A model generated the notes under the pieces. The model did not search any database, was not told the DNA's origin, and saw nothing but the letters and a program-made list of their open reading frames with translations. DNA of 28,451 nt from an uncultured Chroococcidiopsis sp. (GTDB lineage Bacteria > Cyanobacteriota > Cyanobacteriia > Cyanobacteriales > Chroococcidiopsidaceae): contig CAXTYC010000007.1 in NCBI GenBank assembly GCA_964248365.1, positions 1-28,451 of the forward strand, read 5' to 3'. Positions 9,707-18,511 of the stretch are shown here, in pieces (positions within the stretch are counted from its first letter, which is position 1; each line of letters starts with the position of its first letter). Both the position numbers and the translations under genes were made by a program.

Positions 9707-10348
9707 ATGACTACTACACTAATTGGGAGTGCTAACCGTTTTCTGCTGAAAAATATCAGTTGGCAGACTTATGAAGCTTTGCTTAAAGATGTGGAGTCAC
9801 AGCCAGGAATTCGCCTGACATACGACCGAGGAAAACTGGAGATTATGACACCATTAGACCCACATGAAACTTACAGTACACTGATTGGTCGTTTTGTCGA
9901 AACATTAACCGAAGAACTAAATATTGAAATTCGCAGTTTGGGATCTAGAACTTGTAAACGCGAGGATCTAGCTCGTGGACTAGAACCAGATGAATGTTAC
10001 TACATTCAAAATGAATCAGTTGTCCGCCACTTAGAGCAAATCGATTTAAATCAATATCCACCGCCAGATTTAGCGATTGAAATTGATATTACTAACAGTT
10101 CTATTAATCGACTTGATTTGTATGCCACTTTGGGTGTGCCAGAGGTTTGGCGATATGATGGTAGTCAATTGATTATTTATCAGTTACACGATGGACAGTA
10201 TTTGGTGTGTGCGAGTTCTCCCACATTTCCACAATTAACACCTTCTGAAATTATGCGGTTTTTGGAACTGCGGAAAACTACTGGTGAGACAACTTTGATC
10301 CGGTTGTTTCGCCAGTGGGTGAGAAACCAAATTCAACCATGTGAGTGA
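9707..10348 (+). CDS. Uma2 (DUF820) family putative endonuclease
   Basis: ISWQTYEALL, RLTYDRGKLEIMTP, GLEPDECYY, PPDLAIEIDIT, LGVPEVWRYDG. Confidence 0.93.
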   Translation: MTTTLIGSANRFLLKNISWQTYEALLKDVESQPGIRLTYDRGKLEIMTPLDPHETYSTLIGRFVETLTEELNIEIRSLGSRTCKREDLARGLEPDECYYIQNESVVRHLEQIDLNQYPPPDLAIEIDITNSSINRLDLYATLGVPEVWRYDGSQLIIYQLHDGQYLVCASSPTFPQLTPSEIMRFLELRKTTGETTLIRLFRQWVRNQIQPCE

Positions 10349-10713
10349 GAAGAACAAGTAAGTCGGCGTTGCACACTCAAGCTTTAGATAAGTTTAATAA
10401 TTAAAACGATCGCTTTTAATTATTATAAACCGTTTCATCCTTCATAATTGGCTACCACCGATAATCTTCTTGTAAAGTCAATGCGTTTAAATTTACCCTA
10501 TTGGTATATAGAGTAACCACAAAAGAATTAATATAAAACTATAATTATCTTAATAGGTGTGACTGTGAAGAAAAACATTAAGTAGGCAGCTAGGTTCGCA
10601 ACAGTGTTGAACATTGAGCTTTTTTGTCTTGCAGTACTTCTTCGGTTAGAAACCTATGTGGTTTATTACCTCTGGCGCTGTTTGAATGTCAATATTAAAA
10701 ACAATCCTTAACT

Positions 10714-11391
10714 ATGAGGATTCTCCTAGTTGAAGATAATGTGAGTCTTGCCGAAGTTGTAGCAGCAGCTCTGATTGACCAGCATTATGTGGTTGATGTC
10801 GTCAATGATGGGGAAGCCGCTTGGCAACAAGTCAATCTTCTTACCTACGACTTGATAGTGCTGGATATGATGCTTCCCAAAATGGATGGTCTTAGCCTTT
10901 GTCAAGAACTGCGCTCTCATGGTCATGGCATACCCATCCTCATGCTCACTGCTTGTGACACTACTATTGGCAAAGTTACCGTCCTTGATGCTGGGGCTGA
11001 TGATTATGTTGTCAAGCCAGTTCCTTTACCAGAATTATTGGCTCGGATTCGTGCCTTGCTGCGCCGAGGTAATTCTCTATCACCTCCAGTTCTGAAGTGG
11101 GGCAAATTGAACCTCGACCCAAGTACCTTTGAAGTTACCTACGAGAACCAATCCCTACACTTAACCCCTAAAGAATATAACCTTCTGGAGTTGCTTCTAC
11201 GCAATGGTCGGCGTGTACTCAGTCGCAGCGTCATCATCGAACATCTTTGGTCACTTGAGAACCCGCCGCAAGACGATACAGTCAAGGCTTACATTAAAAG
11301 TTTGCGCCAAAAGTTCAAGGCTGTGGGAGCGCCTATCGATTTAATTGAGACAGTTCACGGTGTAGGTTATCGCCTTAAACAACCCTCTTAG
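10714..11391 (+). CDS. OmpR-family response regulator, CcaR-like subfamily
   Basis: Receiver (ED, LDMMLP, T, KP) plus wHTH. Segments LDPSTFEVTY, ELLLRNGRRVLSRS, PPQDDTVK and IETVHGVGYRL resemble Synechocystis CcaR as recalled. Confidence 0.9.
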   Translation: MRILLVEDNVSLAEVVAAALIDQHYVVDVVNDGEAAWQQVNLLTYDLIVLDMMLPKMDGLSLCQELRSHGHGIPILMLTACDTTIGKVTVLDAGADDYVVKPVPLPELLARIRALLRRGNSLSPPVLKWGKLNLDPSTFEVTYENQSLHLTPKEYNLLELLLRNGRRVLSRSVIIEHLWSLENPPQDDTVKAYIKSLRQKFKAVGAPIDLIETVHGVGYRLKQPS

Positions 11392-11495
11392 CTAACCTTT
11401 GAAGGCTGGGGCGCTATTAGCTAAGGGTTTCAAGACCGAAGACCGCTTTTGTGACGCTGGTATCTCTTTTAAATCCTATTTTTTCTAATTTTTCT

Positions 11496-11527
11496 CGATT
11501 TCTTCCCGATTTCTTCCCGATTTCTTC
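11496..11527 (+). promoter_or_regulatory. Triple 11-bp-period direct repeat CGATTTCTTC (G-box-like OmpR operator), candidate -10 TAGACT at 11545-11550
   Basis: Copies at 11496, 11507 and 11518. 19/22 match to the CcaR G-box CTTTCCGATTTCTTTACGATTT as recalled. Confidence 0.65.
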
Positions 11528-11608
11528 TAACGTTTTTTCACTTTTAGACTGTAACTTCAAAGGTAAGGCATCTGTACAGGCTAAAAATCAGTAACCTTTC
11601 TTGCGTGT

Positions 11609-11663
11609 CCTGGGTTAGCCACTCTACAGCTATAGGAGTGTTAGCCCAGGTAACTTTCTTTTT
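11609..11663 (+). terminator. Long hairpin with downstream U-rich tail (terminator or sRNA 3' end)
   Basis: CCTGGGTTAG-C-CACTC...GAGTG-TTAGCCCAGG with G-U pairs valid on the + strand, then TAACTTTCTTTTT. Confidence 0.5.
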
Positions 11664-12022
11664 AATAGGTTGCTCTGAAATTAAGGTTCTCAAGCCTAAA
11701 CCTTAGTACTGATAAATTCGACTGGTTAAATTTACCTATGAACTTGGCACAAACCGTTGCAAAAGAGCAATTAGATTTTGCCAGGTGGGGAAAAATTGGC
11801 ACTGCTCAACCAGGCTATTTTGGAATTTTTGTTAGTCCATAACAAGCTCAATCTTTTCTACTTGATGGTTGTTGAGGATTTAGAACATAAAGGACATCAA
11901 CGAATTCGTTTCCAGATTAAGCATTGCCTAGCAAAAAAATTATCTATTTTTAAGGCTCTAATTTTGCATCCTTGAGCCAAAATCAAACCCTAAAACGCAT
12001 CTGTATATTTAATGTATACACG

Positions 12023-12223
12023 AACGCCCAGTTTGAAACTCTGCCCAATTACCTCAAACAGAGACATGGTTTTAATTTAATTGGCTACAAGCGTTCCAGC
12101 TTAATGCAGCAAGTGCTACGAATGCAAATGCTCTGCTTTCTCTTGCTGGGTAATGTGGAGATGATGCCTACTCATTACACCAATCTCACAGGCTAGATGA
12201 ATCTCAACTATCGCATCAATACC
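12023..12223 (+). pseudogene. CheR-type methyltransferase relic with large internal deletion
   Basis: NAQFETLPNYLKQRHGFNLIGYKRSSLMQQVLRMQML (CheR N-domain) fused to FLLLGNVEMMPTH...*MNLNYRI (CheR C-terminal GFLFLGxAE...RIF-like). Confidence 0.7.
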
Positions 12224-12270
12224 TGCCCTGCCGCTGCCTAGGGGGATAGCAGCGACAAGGTGAATAATTG

Positions 12271-12437
12271 TATAGCAATTTTGCGCATCATTCGTAAAAA
12301 CTCTCTTTTTCTTTTTTCTTTGCGCTCTAGCCTTCGGCTTGAAGCGAGTGCAGTATGCGCCCTTGTGCGGTAGCCGACGGCAAGTTCCTAAGCGTCTACG
12401 TTTTAAATAAAATCACAACTCATCTAGGATTGGTATA
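12271..12437. mobile_element. TA-flanked MITE carrying a CGTAGACGC repeat
   Basis: Left end TA-TAGCAATTTTGCGCATCATTCG; right end (reverse complement) TA-TACCAATCCTAGATGAGTTGTG. The left 22 nt are identical to the reverse complement of 21901-21922. Confidence 0.7.
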
Positions 12438-13648
12438 GGCAAGCCCCTGCAATTGACTTTTTGCCAAGCTAACCCAGTTGCTAACTGTATCGCTGCTTTC
12501 ATACTGGTAGCATCAGCTATTCCCTTTCCGGCAATGTCAAAGGCTGTACCATGATCGGGTGAAGTGCGGATAAAGGGAAGACCGATAGAGGTGTTTACAG
12601 CCCGATCAAATGCCATCAGCTTGACAGGGATTAATCCTTGGTCATGGTAAAGTGCAAGATAAGCATCAGCTGGATTTTGGATTTTAGATTTTAGATTTTG
12701 GTCACGCAAAGACGAGGACACAAGCGATGGCGGGTTCCCCGAAAGAAGCAAACTGTCCGGTGCAAAGGCGCTTATAGAGGAATTTTCTTTTTGCTTCCCC
12801 AGCTCCCCCAGCTCTCTTCTATCTCCATACCACGCTTGACCTGGTTTTACCCACATGGTATCTGGTGGAATGGGTCCATCTAACTTTAAGAGGGGGCGGT
12901 TTTGGCGTTCTTTTTCTAGCCAAGGAATTAACCAGTCAATCTCTTCTCGTCCCAGTTGTCCTTGTTCGCCACTATGAGGATTTAACCCCGCGATCGCAAT
13001 TGTGGGTTTTTCTATACCAAAATCCTGTTGTAAACACTCGACTAGCAAATCGAGTTTAGCACTTAGCAATTGGGGTGTAAGAGTATCTGCTACTTGACAT
13101 AAAGGAATATGTGTGGTAGCAAGTAGAGTGCGTAAAGTCCAACCTGTATAGGGCGATCGCGCTACAAACAACATCCCAAATCGCCCCACACCTGCTTTTT
13201 CTGCTAAAAGTTCGGTTTGACCTGGATAATTATAACCAGCTGCTTTCCATGCCGACTTTGCGATCGGCGCTGTGACGATGCCGTGAAATTCTCCTGCTAG
13301 AGTACGGGCGATCGCTGTTTCTAAATAAGCAAAGCTAGCTGCTCCACTGGCGGCATTACCCGTACCTGTGCTAATTTGTCCTTCATTGGCTGTCAATTTA
13401 ACATCCAGTATTGACAGTTCATCTGGGTGTATATAATCACTTGCTAGCGAATGCTGATTTTGGCATAGTTGATTGTAGGTTGCTACCAGCGCCTCCGCGC
13501 TACCAATCACAGTCAGATCGCAATTTTGTCTTATTTGCGGATCTGCCAGAGCTTTCAAAATTACCTCAGATCCAATGCCAGCAGGATCGCCTAGAGTTAG
13601 TGCCAAACGAGGGCGATCGTTTTTCTCCCAAGATTTTGTACAATGCAT
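12413..13648 (-). CDS. pdxA: 4-hydroxythreonine-4-phosphate dehydrogenase
   Basis: [66 protein letters not shown]. Confidence 0.95.
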   Translation of the reverse strand: MHCTKSWEKNDRPRLALTLGDPAGIGSEVILKALADPQIRQNCDLTVIGSAEALVATYNQLCQNQHSLASDYIHPDELSILDVKLTANEGQISTGTGNAASGAASFAYLETAIARTLAGEFHGIVTAPIAKSAWKAAGYNYPGQTELLAEKAGVGRFGMLFVARSPYTGWTLRTLLATTHIPLCQVADTLTPQLLSAKLDLLVECLQQDFGIEKPTIAIAGLNPHSGEQGQLGREEIDWLIPWLEKERQNRPLLKLDGPIPPDTMWVKPGQAWYGDRRELGELGKQKENSSISAFAPDSLLLSGNPPSLVSSSLRDQNLKSKIQNPADAYLALYHDQGLIPVKLMAFDRAVNTSIGLPFIRTSPDHGTAFDIAGKGIADATSMKAAIQLATGLAWQKVNCRGLPIPILDEL

Positions 13649-13763
13649 CCTTTTATTTTCAGGATTACCTACTCAATTGTTTTAAAATACTTTACACTGG
13701 TCTCACTTTAAGATTAATGAAGTGGCGCTTTAGTTAAACCCTTTCAAAAGGAGGATTGCATTC

Positions 13764-13877
13764 ATGAACGGTGAAATGTTTACAGCGGCTTTTTTGTCCT
13801 TCAGTCTAATTCTAGTGGGCATAGTTATGGGTTATCTTTTGCTTAAAATTCAAGGCGACCCAGAAGAGAATTTGTAG
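13764..13877 (+). CDS. petM: Cytochrome b6f subunit VII (37 aa)
   Basis: [46 protein letters not shown] at 13749-13754; located between pdxA and ycf39. Absent from the ORF track. Confidence 0.9.
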   Translation: MNGEMFTAAFLSFSLILVGIVMGYLLLKIQGDPEENL

Positions 13878-14158
13878 AAAATAGGGAAGTATAAAGGATG
13901 TAGGCGAAGCCTTCTGTGAAGGGTAGGATAAAGTGTGAAGTGTGAAGGAGACAGAATACAGGAAACAGGGGAGGCAGGGGGGAATCATTAATTACGAATT
14001 ACGAATTACGAATTACCTTTACTCTTTCCCTTTCCCCTTTTCCCCCCTGCTAAAGTCCTCCTCTGCTAAAGTGCTCCCCTTCTTAAGGTTGTGTATTGTG
14101 TAAAGCAAATTTTGATACTATTTTGTTAAGAAAGTTTAAAATTCATAACTAATCCTTC

Positions 14159-15142
14159 ATGAATATATTAGTTGTCGGTGCCACTGGCACCTTGGGAAGA
14201 CAAGTGGCTCGCCGTGCTCTGGATGAGGGGTATAAGGTACGCTGTCTTGTACGTAGTCCCAGAAAAGCTGCCTTTTTAAAAGAATGGGGCGCTGAGCTTG
14301 TACCTGGGAACTTGTGTCAACCACAGAGCCTGCAATCAGCCCTATCCGGTGTGGATGCTGTAATCGATGCTGCCACCGCCAGAGCTACAGATAGCTTGAG
14401 TGTCAAACAAGTAGATTGGGATGGCAAGGTAGCGCTAATTCAAGCGGCAAAAGCTGCTGGGGTAGAGCGTTTTATTTTCTTTTCGATTTTGGACGCGGAA
14501 AAATATCCCAATGTTCCCTTGATGGAAATCAAGCGGTGTACTGAGTTGTTCCTAAGTGAAGCAGGGATGAACTACACGATCTTGCGGCTATGTGGCTTTA
14601 TGCAAGGATTGATTAGTCAGTATGGAATTCCTATCTTGGAGGGGCAGGCAATTTGGGTAACAGGTGAGTCTTCCCCCATCGCCTATATGGACACTCAGGA
14701 TATTGCTAAATTTGCCGTCCGCGCCCTCACAGTGCCTACAACAGAAAAACAAACTTTTCCCGTCGTAGGTACGAGGGCTTGGAGTGCTGAGGAAATAATC
14801 AGTCTATGTGAACGATTAACTGGAAAACAGGCAAAAGTGAGCCGGATACCGCTCAATTTGCTGCGAATAATGCGTTCCTCGTCGCGCTTCTTTCAGTGGG
14901 GTTGGAACGTTGCTGATCGGCTGGCGTTTGCTGAAGTATTAGCTCATGGTGTACCCCTAACGGCAGAAATGGATGAAGTCTATCAAAGCTTTGGGTTAGA
15001 CCCGCAGGAAACAACTACTTTAGAAAGTTACCTGCAAGAGTACTTCGGGCGAATGCTCAAAAAACTCAAGGAGTTAGACTACGAAAAAACTAAAACAAAG
15101 AAGTCAGCAGTAAAAAAGACTCCGTTTAAAAAGAGCAGTTAG
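14159..15142 (+). CDS. ycf39: Ycf39, atypical SDR/NmrA-like PSII assembly factor
   Basis: GATGTLGRQV, AAFLKEWGAELV, VDWDGKVALIQAA, PLMEIK, ADRLAFAEV, LESYLQEYF. Confidence 0.9.
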   Translation: MNILVVGATGTLGRQVARRALDEGYKVRCLVRSPRKAAFLKEWGAELVPGNLCQPQSLQSALSGVDAVIDAATARATDSLSVKQVDWDGKVALIQAAKAAGVERFIFFSILDAEKYPNVPLMEIKRCTELFLSEAGMNYTILRLCGFMQGLISQYGIPILEGQAIWVTGESSPIAYMDTQDIAKFAVRALTVPTTEKQTFPVVGTRAWSAEEIISLCERLTGKQAKVSRIPLNLLRIMRSSSRFFQWGWNVADRLAFAEVLAHGVPLTAEMDEVYQSFGLDPQETTTLESYLQEYFGRMLKKLKELDYEKTKTKKSAVKKTPFKKSS

Positions 15143-15299
15143 CTGTTACCAGTTACTCTTTACCAACTACCAACTACCAGTTACAGCTAATTGCTAAAAG
15201 CTAATGGCTAATAGCTAATTGCTAAAAGCTGACAGCTTTGCCCAAAATGTGCAACGATGAAGCTAAATACTAAGCAGTGCCTTAATCTTGAGTTTAAGC

Positions 15300-16217
15300 G
15301 TGCCGAAAGTAGGCATTATTTATAATGACGTTAAACCAGTAGCGCATCGCGTCGCTACTGAGTTGGAACAAAAACTGTCCGCTGCCGGATGGGATGTTTG
15401 CCTGACCACTGGTGAAGGGGGAATTTTGGGCTACTCTAACCCCGACAGCCCTGTTTGTCACACTCCGATTGAGGGGCTGACTCCTCCAGGTTTTGACGAC
15501 CAGATGAAATTAGTGGTGGTCTTAGGGGGAGATGGCACAGTTCTGGCTGCATCTCGTCAGGTAGCTCCCGCAGGTATACCCATGTTGACTGTAAATACAG
15601 GTCACATGGGCTTTTTAACTGAAACTTACCTCAACCAGTTACCTCAAGCGATCGAAAAGGTAATGGCAGGGGAGTATGAAATAGAAGAACGGGCGATGCT
15701 GACTGTAAAGGTGTTGCGGGGCGATGCCGTAATCTGGGAAGCCCTCTGCTTGAATGAAATGGTGCTACATCGGGAACCGTTGACGTGTATGTGCCATTTT
15801 GAAATCGCCGTAGGTCGTCACGCGCCAGTAGATATTGCGGCAGATGGTGTAATTGTCTCTACGCCAACTGGTTCTACGGCTTATTCGTTAAGTGCTGGTG
15901 GTCCGGTCGTGACACCAGGAGTCCCAGCATTGCAGCTAGTACCGATTTGTCCCCATTCTCTAGCTTCCAGGGCGTTGGTGTTTCCAGATACTCAATCAGT
16001 GTCGATTTACTCAGCAAATCCGATTCGACTGGTGATGGTGGTCGATGGTAATGGGGGGTGTTATGTGTTTCCAGAAGATCGGGTGTATATTAAGCGATCA
16101 CACTACAATGTAAAGTTCATTCGCCTGCAACCACCTGAGTTTTTCCGCATTCTGCGCGAAAAGTTAGGTTGGGGTCTGCCCCATATTGCTAAACCTACTT
16201 CGGTAGAATTGCCTTAA
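15300..16217 (+). CDS. nadK: NAD(+) kinase
   Basis: [37 protein letters not shown]. Probable GTG start at 15300. Confidence 0.95.
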   Translation: MPKVGIIYNDVKPVAHRVATELEQKLSAAGWDVCLTTGEGGILGYSNPDSPVCHTPIEGLTPPGFDDQMKLVVVLGGDGTVLAASRQVAPAGIPMLTVNTGHMGFLTETYLNQLPQAIEKVMAGEYEIEERAMLTVKVLRGDAVIWEALCLNEMVLHREPLTCMCHFEIAVGRHAPVDIAADGVIVSTPTGSTAYSLSAGGPVVTPGVPALQLVPICPHSLASRALVFPDTQSVSIYSANPIRLVMVVDGNGGCYVFPEDRVYIKRSHYNVKFIRLQPPEFFRILREKLGWGLPHIAKPTSVELP

Positions 16218-16353
16218 TCAGGGAGTAGGCAGTGGGAGAGTGGGAGAGACGAGTTGCCCGAGGCACGAGGTGAGAGGCTCTCTTGCCTCTAGCCCCGTGC
16301 TTCCTCTAGCTATAGCGCCCCTTTACCCTTTACCCTTTACCCTTTTACCAATT

Positions 16354-17049
16354 ATGAGTACAGGAGTGATTGAGCATCTTCCTTGTGTATTAGTAATTGA
16401 ACCGGATGAGAGTCTGGCGGCTCAAGTGGGTCTAGATTTGAAAGAATCAGGTTATGAACCTGTGATAGCTCACGATGCGACCAGCGGAATTTATCAAGTG
16501 CGCGATCGCCAGCCTGCTTTAATTGTTATAGACCGAATGTTATCAGGCGAATCGGGATTAGGGTTATGTACTAACCTAAGAAAAGCAGGTACAGTAGTTC
16601 CCGTCTTAGTTTTAATGGCGCGTGATACAGTTGACGATCGCGTGGCTTGCTTGGAAGCTGGTGCAGATGATTACTTCCTCAAACCCTACCGAGCAGAAGA
16701 TTTTTTGCGGCTGGTGCGTCTCTACCTACACCCCGATCCCAGCGGTACAGAGCAATTAAGGTTCGGCGATCTGGTGTTGGATCTGGCAACTCGTAGAGCG
16801 CTACGGCATGGGAAAGTAATCGATTTGACAATGAAGGAGTTTGATCTACTCAAGTATCTCATGGAGCATCCCAAAGAAGTGCTAACCCGCGAACAAATTC
16901 TAGAAAATGTCTGGGGTTACGACTTTATGGGCGAGTCGAATGTGATTGAAGTATATGTTCGCTATTTACGCCTCAAGCTAGAAGATGAAGGTCAAAAGCG
17001 ATTAATTCAAACAGTGCGAGGCGTGGGATATGTATTGCGGGAAAGTTAA
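16354..17049 (+). CDS. nblR: OmpR-family response regulator NblR
   Basis: Atypical receiver (VIEPDE, VLMARD), DLTMKEFDLL, ENVWGYDFMGESNVIEVYVRYLR; position downstream of nadK. Start moved past the repeat tract to ATG 16354. Confidence 0.85.
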   Translation: MSTGVIEHLPCVLVIEPDESLAAQVGLDLKESGYEPVIAHDATSGIYQVRDRQPALIVIDRMLSGESGLGLCTNLRKAGTVVPVLVLMARDTVDDRVACLEAGADDYFLKPYRAEDFLRLVRLYLHPDPSGTEQLRFGDLVLDLATRRALRHGKVIDLTMKEFDLLKYLMEHPKEVLTREQILENVWGYDFMGESNVIEVYVRYLRLKLEDEGQKRLIQTVRGVGYVLRES

Positions 17050-17646
17050 CTAGGGGCGCATTTGCTAGGGGTTAGAGACTAGGGAATAGAGAGCAGGGGG
17101 ATCTGGGGATGCAGAGGGAGAAGAGGAAAATCGGGCTGGGAGTAGTAATTTTGAGTAGTTTGTTGATTGGGTGTTCGCCGACGTTAGCAATACCGATACA
17201 TATTTCTCAAGCTCAGGCAGACAATAGGGGGCAAACACTGCCCATTTCAGCTTTTGCTATGATTGGCGATCGCTCCTTTGAGTTGGAAGTGGCGCGAACC
17301 GAGCAACAGCAGGCGACAGGATTAATGTATAGAAAGAGCCTTGCCAATAACCGAGGTATGCTGTTTACCTTTGAGCCTCCCCAACCAGTGCGGTTTTGGA
17401 TGAAAAATACCCTGATTCCACTTGATATGATCTTCCTACGAAATGGGAAAGTAGTAGCGATCGCTGCTGCTGTGCCAAGCTGTAAGACTAAAACTTGTCC
17501 TACTTATGGTACACCGTCACCTATAGATCAAGTGATTGAACTGCGAGGTGGACGAGCGAAAGAAATAGGTCTAAAGGTAGGGGAGCAAGTAAAAATAAAA
17601 TTCTTGAACCCTAAATAATTAGGGGCGCATTTGCTAGGGGCTAGAG
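17047..17646 (+). repeat. 31-bp direct repeats (17047-17077 and 17616-17646) flanking the DUF192 gene
   Basis: TAA(C/T)TAGGGGCGCATTTGCTAGGGG(T/C)TAGAG, 29/31 identical. Confidence 0.85.
17109..17618 (+). CDS. DUF192 family protein, probable lipoprotein
   Basis: Lipobox LLIGC; LEVARTEQQQATGLMYR, GMLF, FWMKNTLIPLDMIF, VIELRGG. Confidence 0.9.
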   Translation: MQREKRKIGLGVVILSSLLIGCSPTLAIPIHISQAQADNRGQTLPISAFAMIGDRSFELEVARTEQQQATGLMYRKSLANNRGMLFTFEPPQPVRFWMKNTLIPLDMIFLRNGKVVAIAAAVPSCKTKTCPTYGTPSPIDQVIELRGGRAKEIGLKVGEQVKIKFLNPK

Positions 17647-18127
17647 GCGAGAGGCGCTATAGCCAGAGGCGAGAGGCGCTATAGCGCTATAGCTAAGGAG
17701 CAAGGGAGCTTTAGGGGAGTTCTTTCAATCCAAAATCCTCTCGCCTCTGGTTCCTCTGGTTCCTCTTGCCTTCCGAATTACGAATTACCCTGTCTGCCTT
17801 TTGGTGGAGTGAAAAGACGAAGCTGAAATATGCCTTGTTATAGGTGAGATAAATTACGCCACGAAATATAAATAAATTTAAGTGATTTTTAATCATTTTC
17901 AAAAATTAAATCAAGTATAAACAAGTTAAGTTGCGCTACAATTCTATTCCACATATAAAATTATCAAAGCGTAAACTTTAACTCTTCCCTTAGCTGCTGG
18001 CTGACTTTCACTCGTAACTTCACTCTCGCCTTCATAAGCAAGTGACAGCTAAGAGATTGGCTACCAGCTACTTAACAGAAAGTTATCGATGTTAAATAAT
18101 CAGCTTGAACAAAAAGGTGAAAGACCA

Positions 18128-18319
18128 ATGTCACCATCAAAATATACACAATTTATTCGCTTTCTTCAGGAAGATCTATCAATTTCAGCCGCATCTATTG
18201 CTATGGCAACAAGACAGCGGGAGCAAGATCCAGGTCCTCTGCCAATGATTCTCTGGCAATATGGTCTAGTGACGCTGGAACAGTTAGATAAAATTTATGA
18301 CTGGCTGGAGGCTGCTTAG
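18128..18319 (+). CDS. DUF2949 family protein
   Basis: FLQEDLSIS...PLPMILWQYGLVTLEQLDKIYDWLE. Confidence 0.85.
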   Translation: MSPSKYTQFIRFLQEDLSISAASIAMATRQREQDPGPLPMILWQYGLVTLEQLDKIYDWLEAA

Positions 18320-18403
18320 GTGTGAACTAAAAAATTAGGAGATTTTAGGTGTGCCTAAGCAAACAGGGCAAAATCGTCGCAATTTCCTTCAATACCAACC
18401 AAG

Positions 18404-18440
18404 AGAGCGGGATGAATGATCACCCCGCTCTTTTGCTTTT
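18404..18440 (+). terminator. Intrinsic terminator between convergent genes
   Basis: AGAGCGGG...CCCGCTCT stem followed by TTTGCTTTT. Confidence 0.7.
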
Positions 18441-18445
18441 GTTAG

Positions 18446-18511
18446 TTGTCCTTTGTCCTTTGTCCTTTGTTATTTGCAAATGACCAATGACGAATGACAA
18501 ATGACCAATGA
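18446..18511. repeat. Inverted STRR tracts (TTGTCCT)n / (AATGACC)n
   Basis: Direct reading. Confidence 0.85.

Noticed and set aside
16240..16353. N-terminal extension of NblR (similarly YdcF 3374-3409, lpdA 23605-23643, ftrV 1655-1705)
   Set aside because: Translated intergenic or repeat DNA; family-like sequence starts at the downstream start codons.
16354..16730. Degenerate receiver domain of NblR
   Set aside because: A known property of NblR (atypical receiver), not novel.
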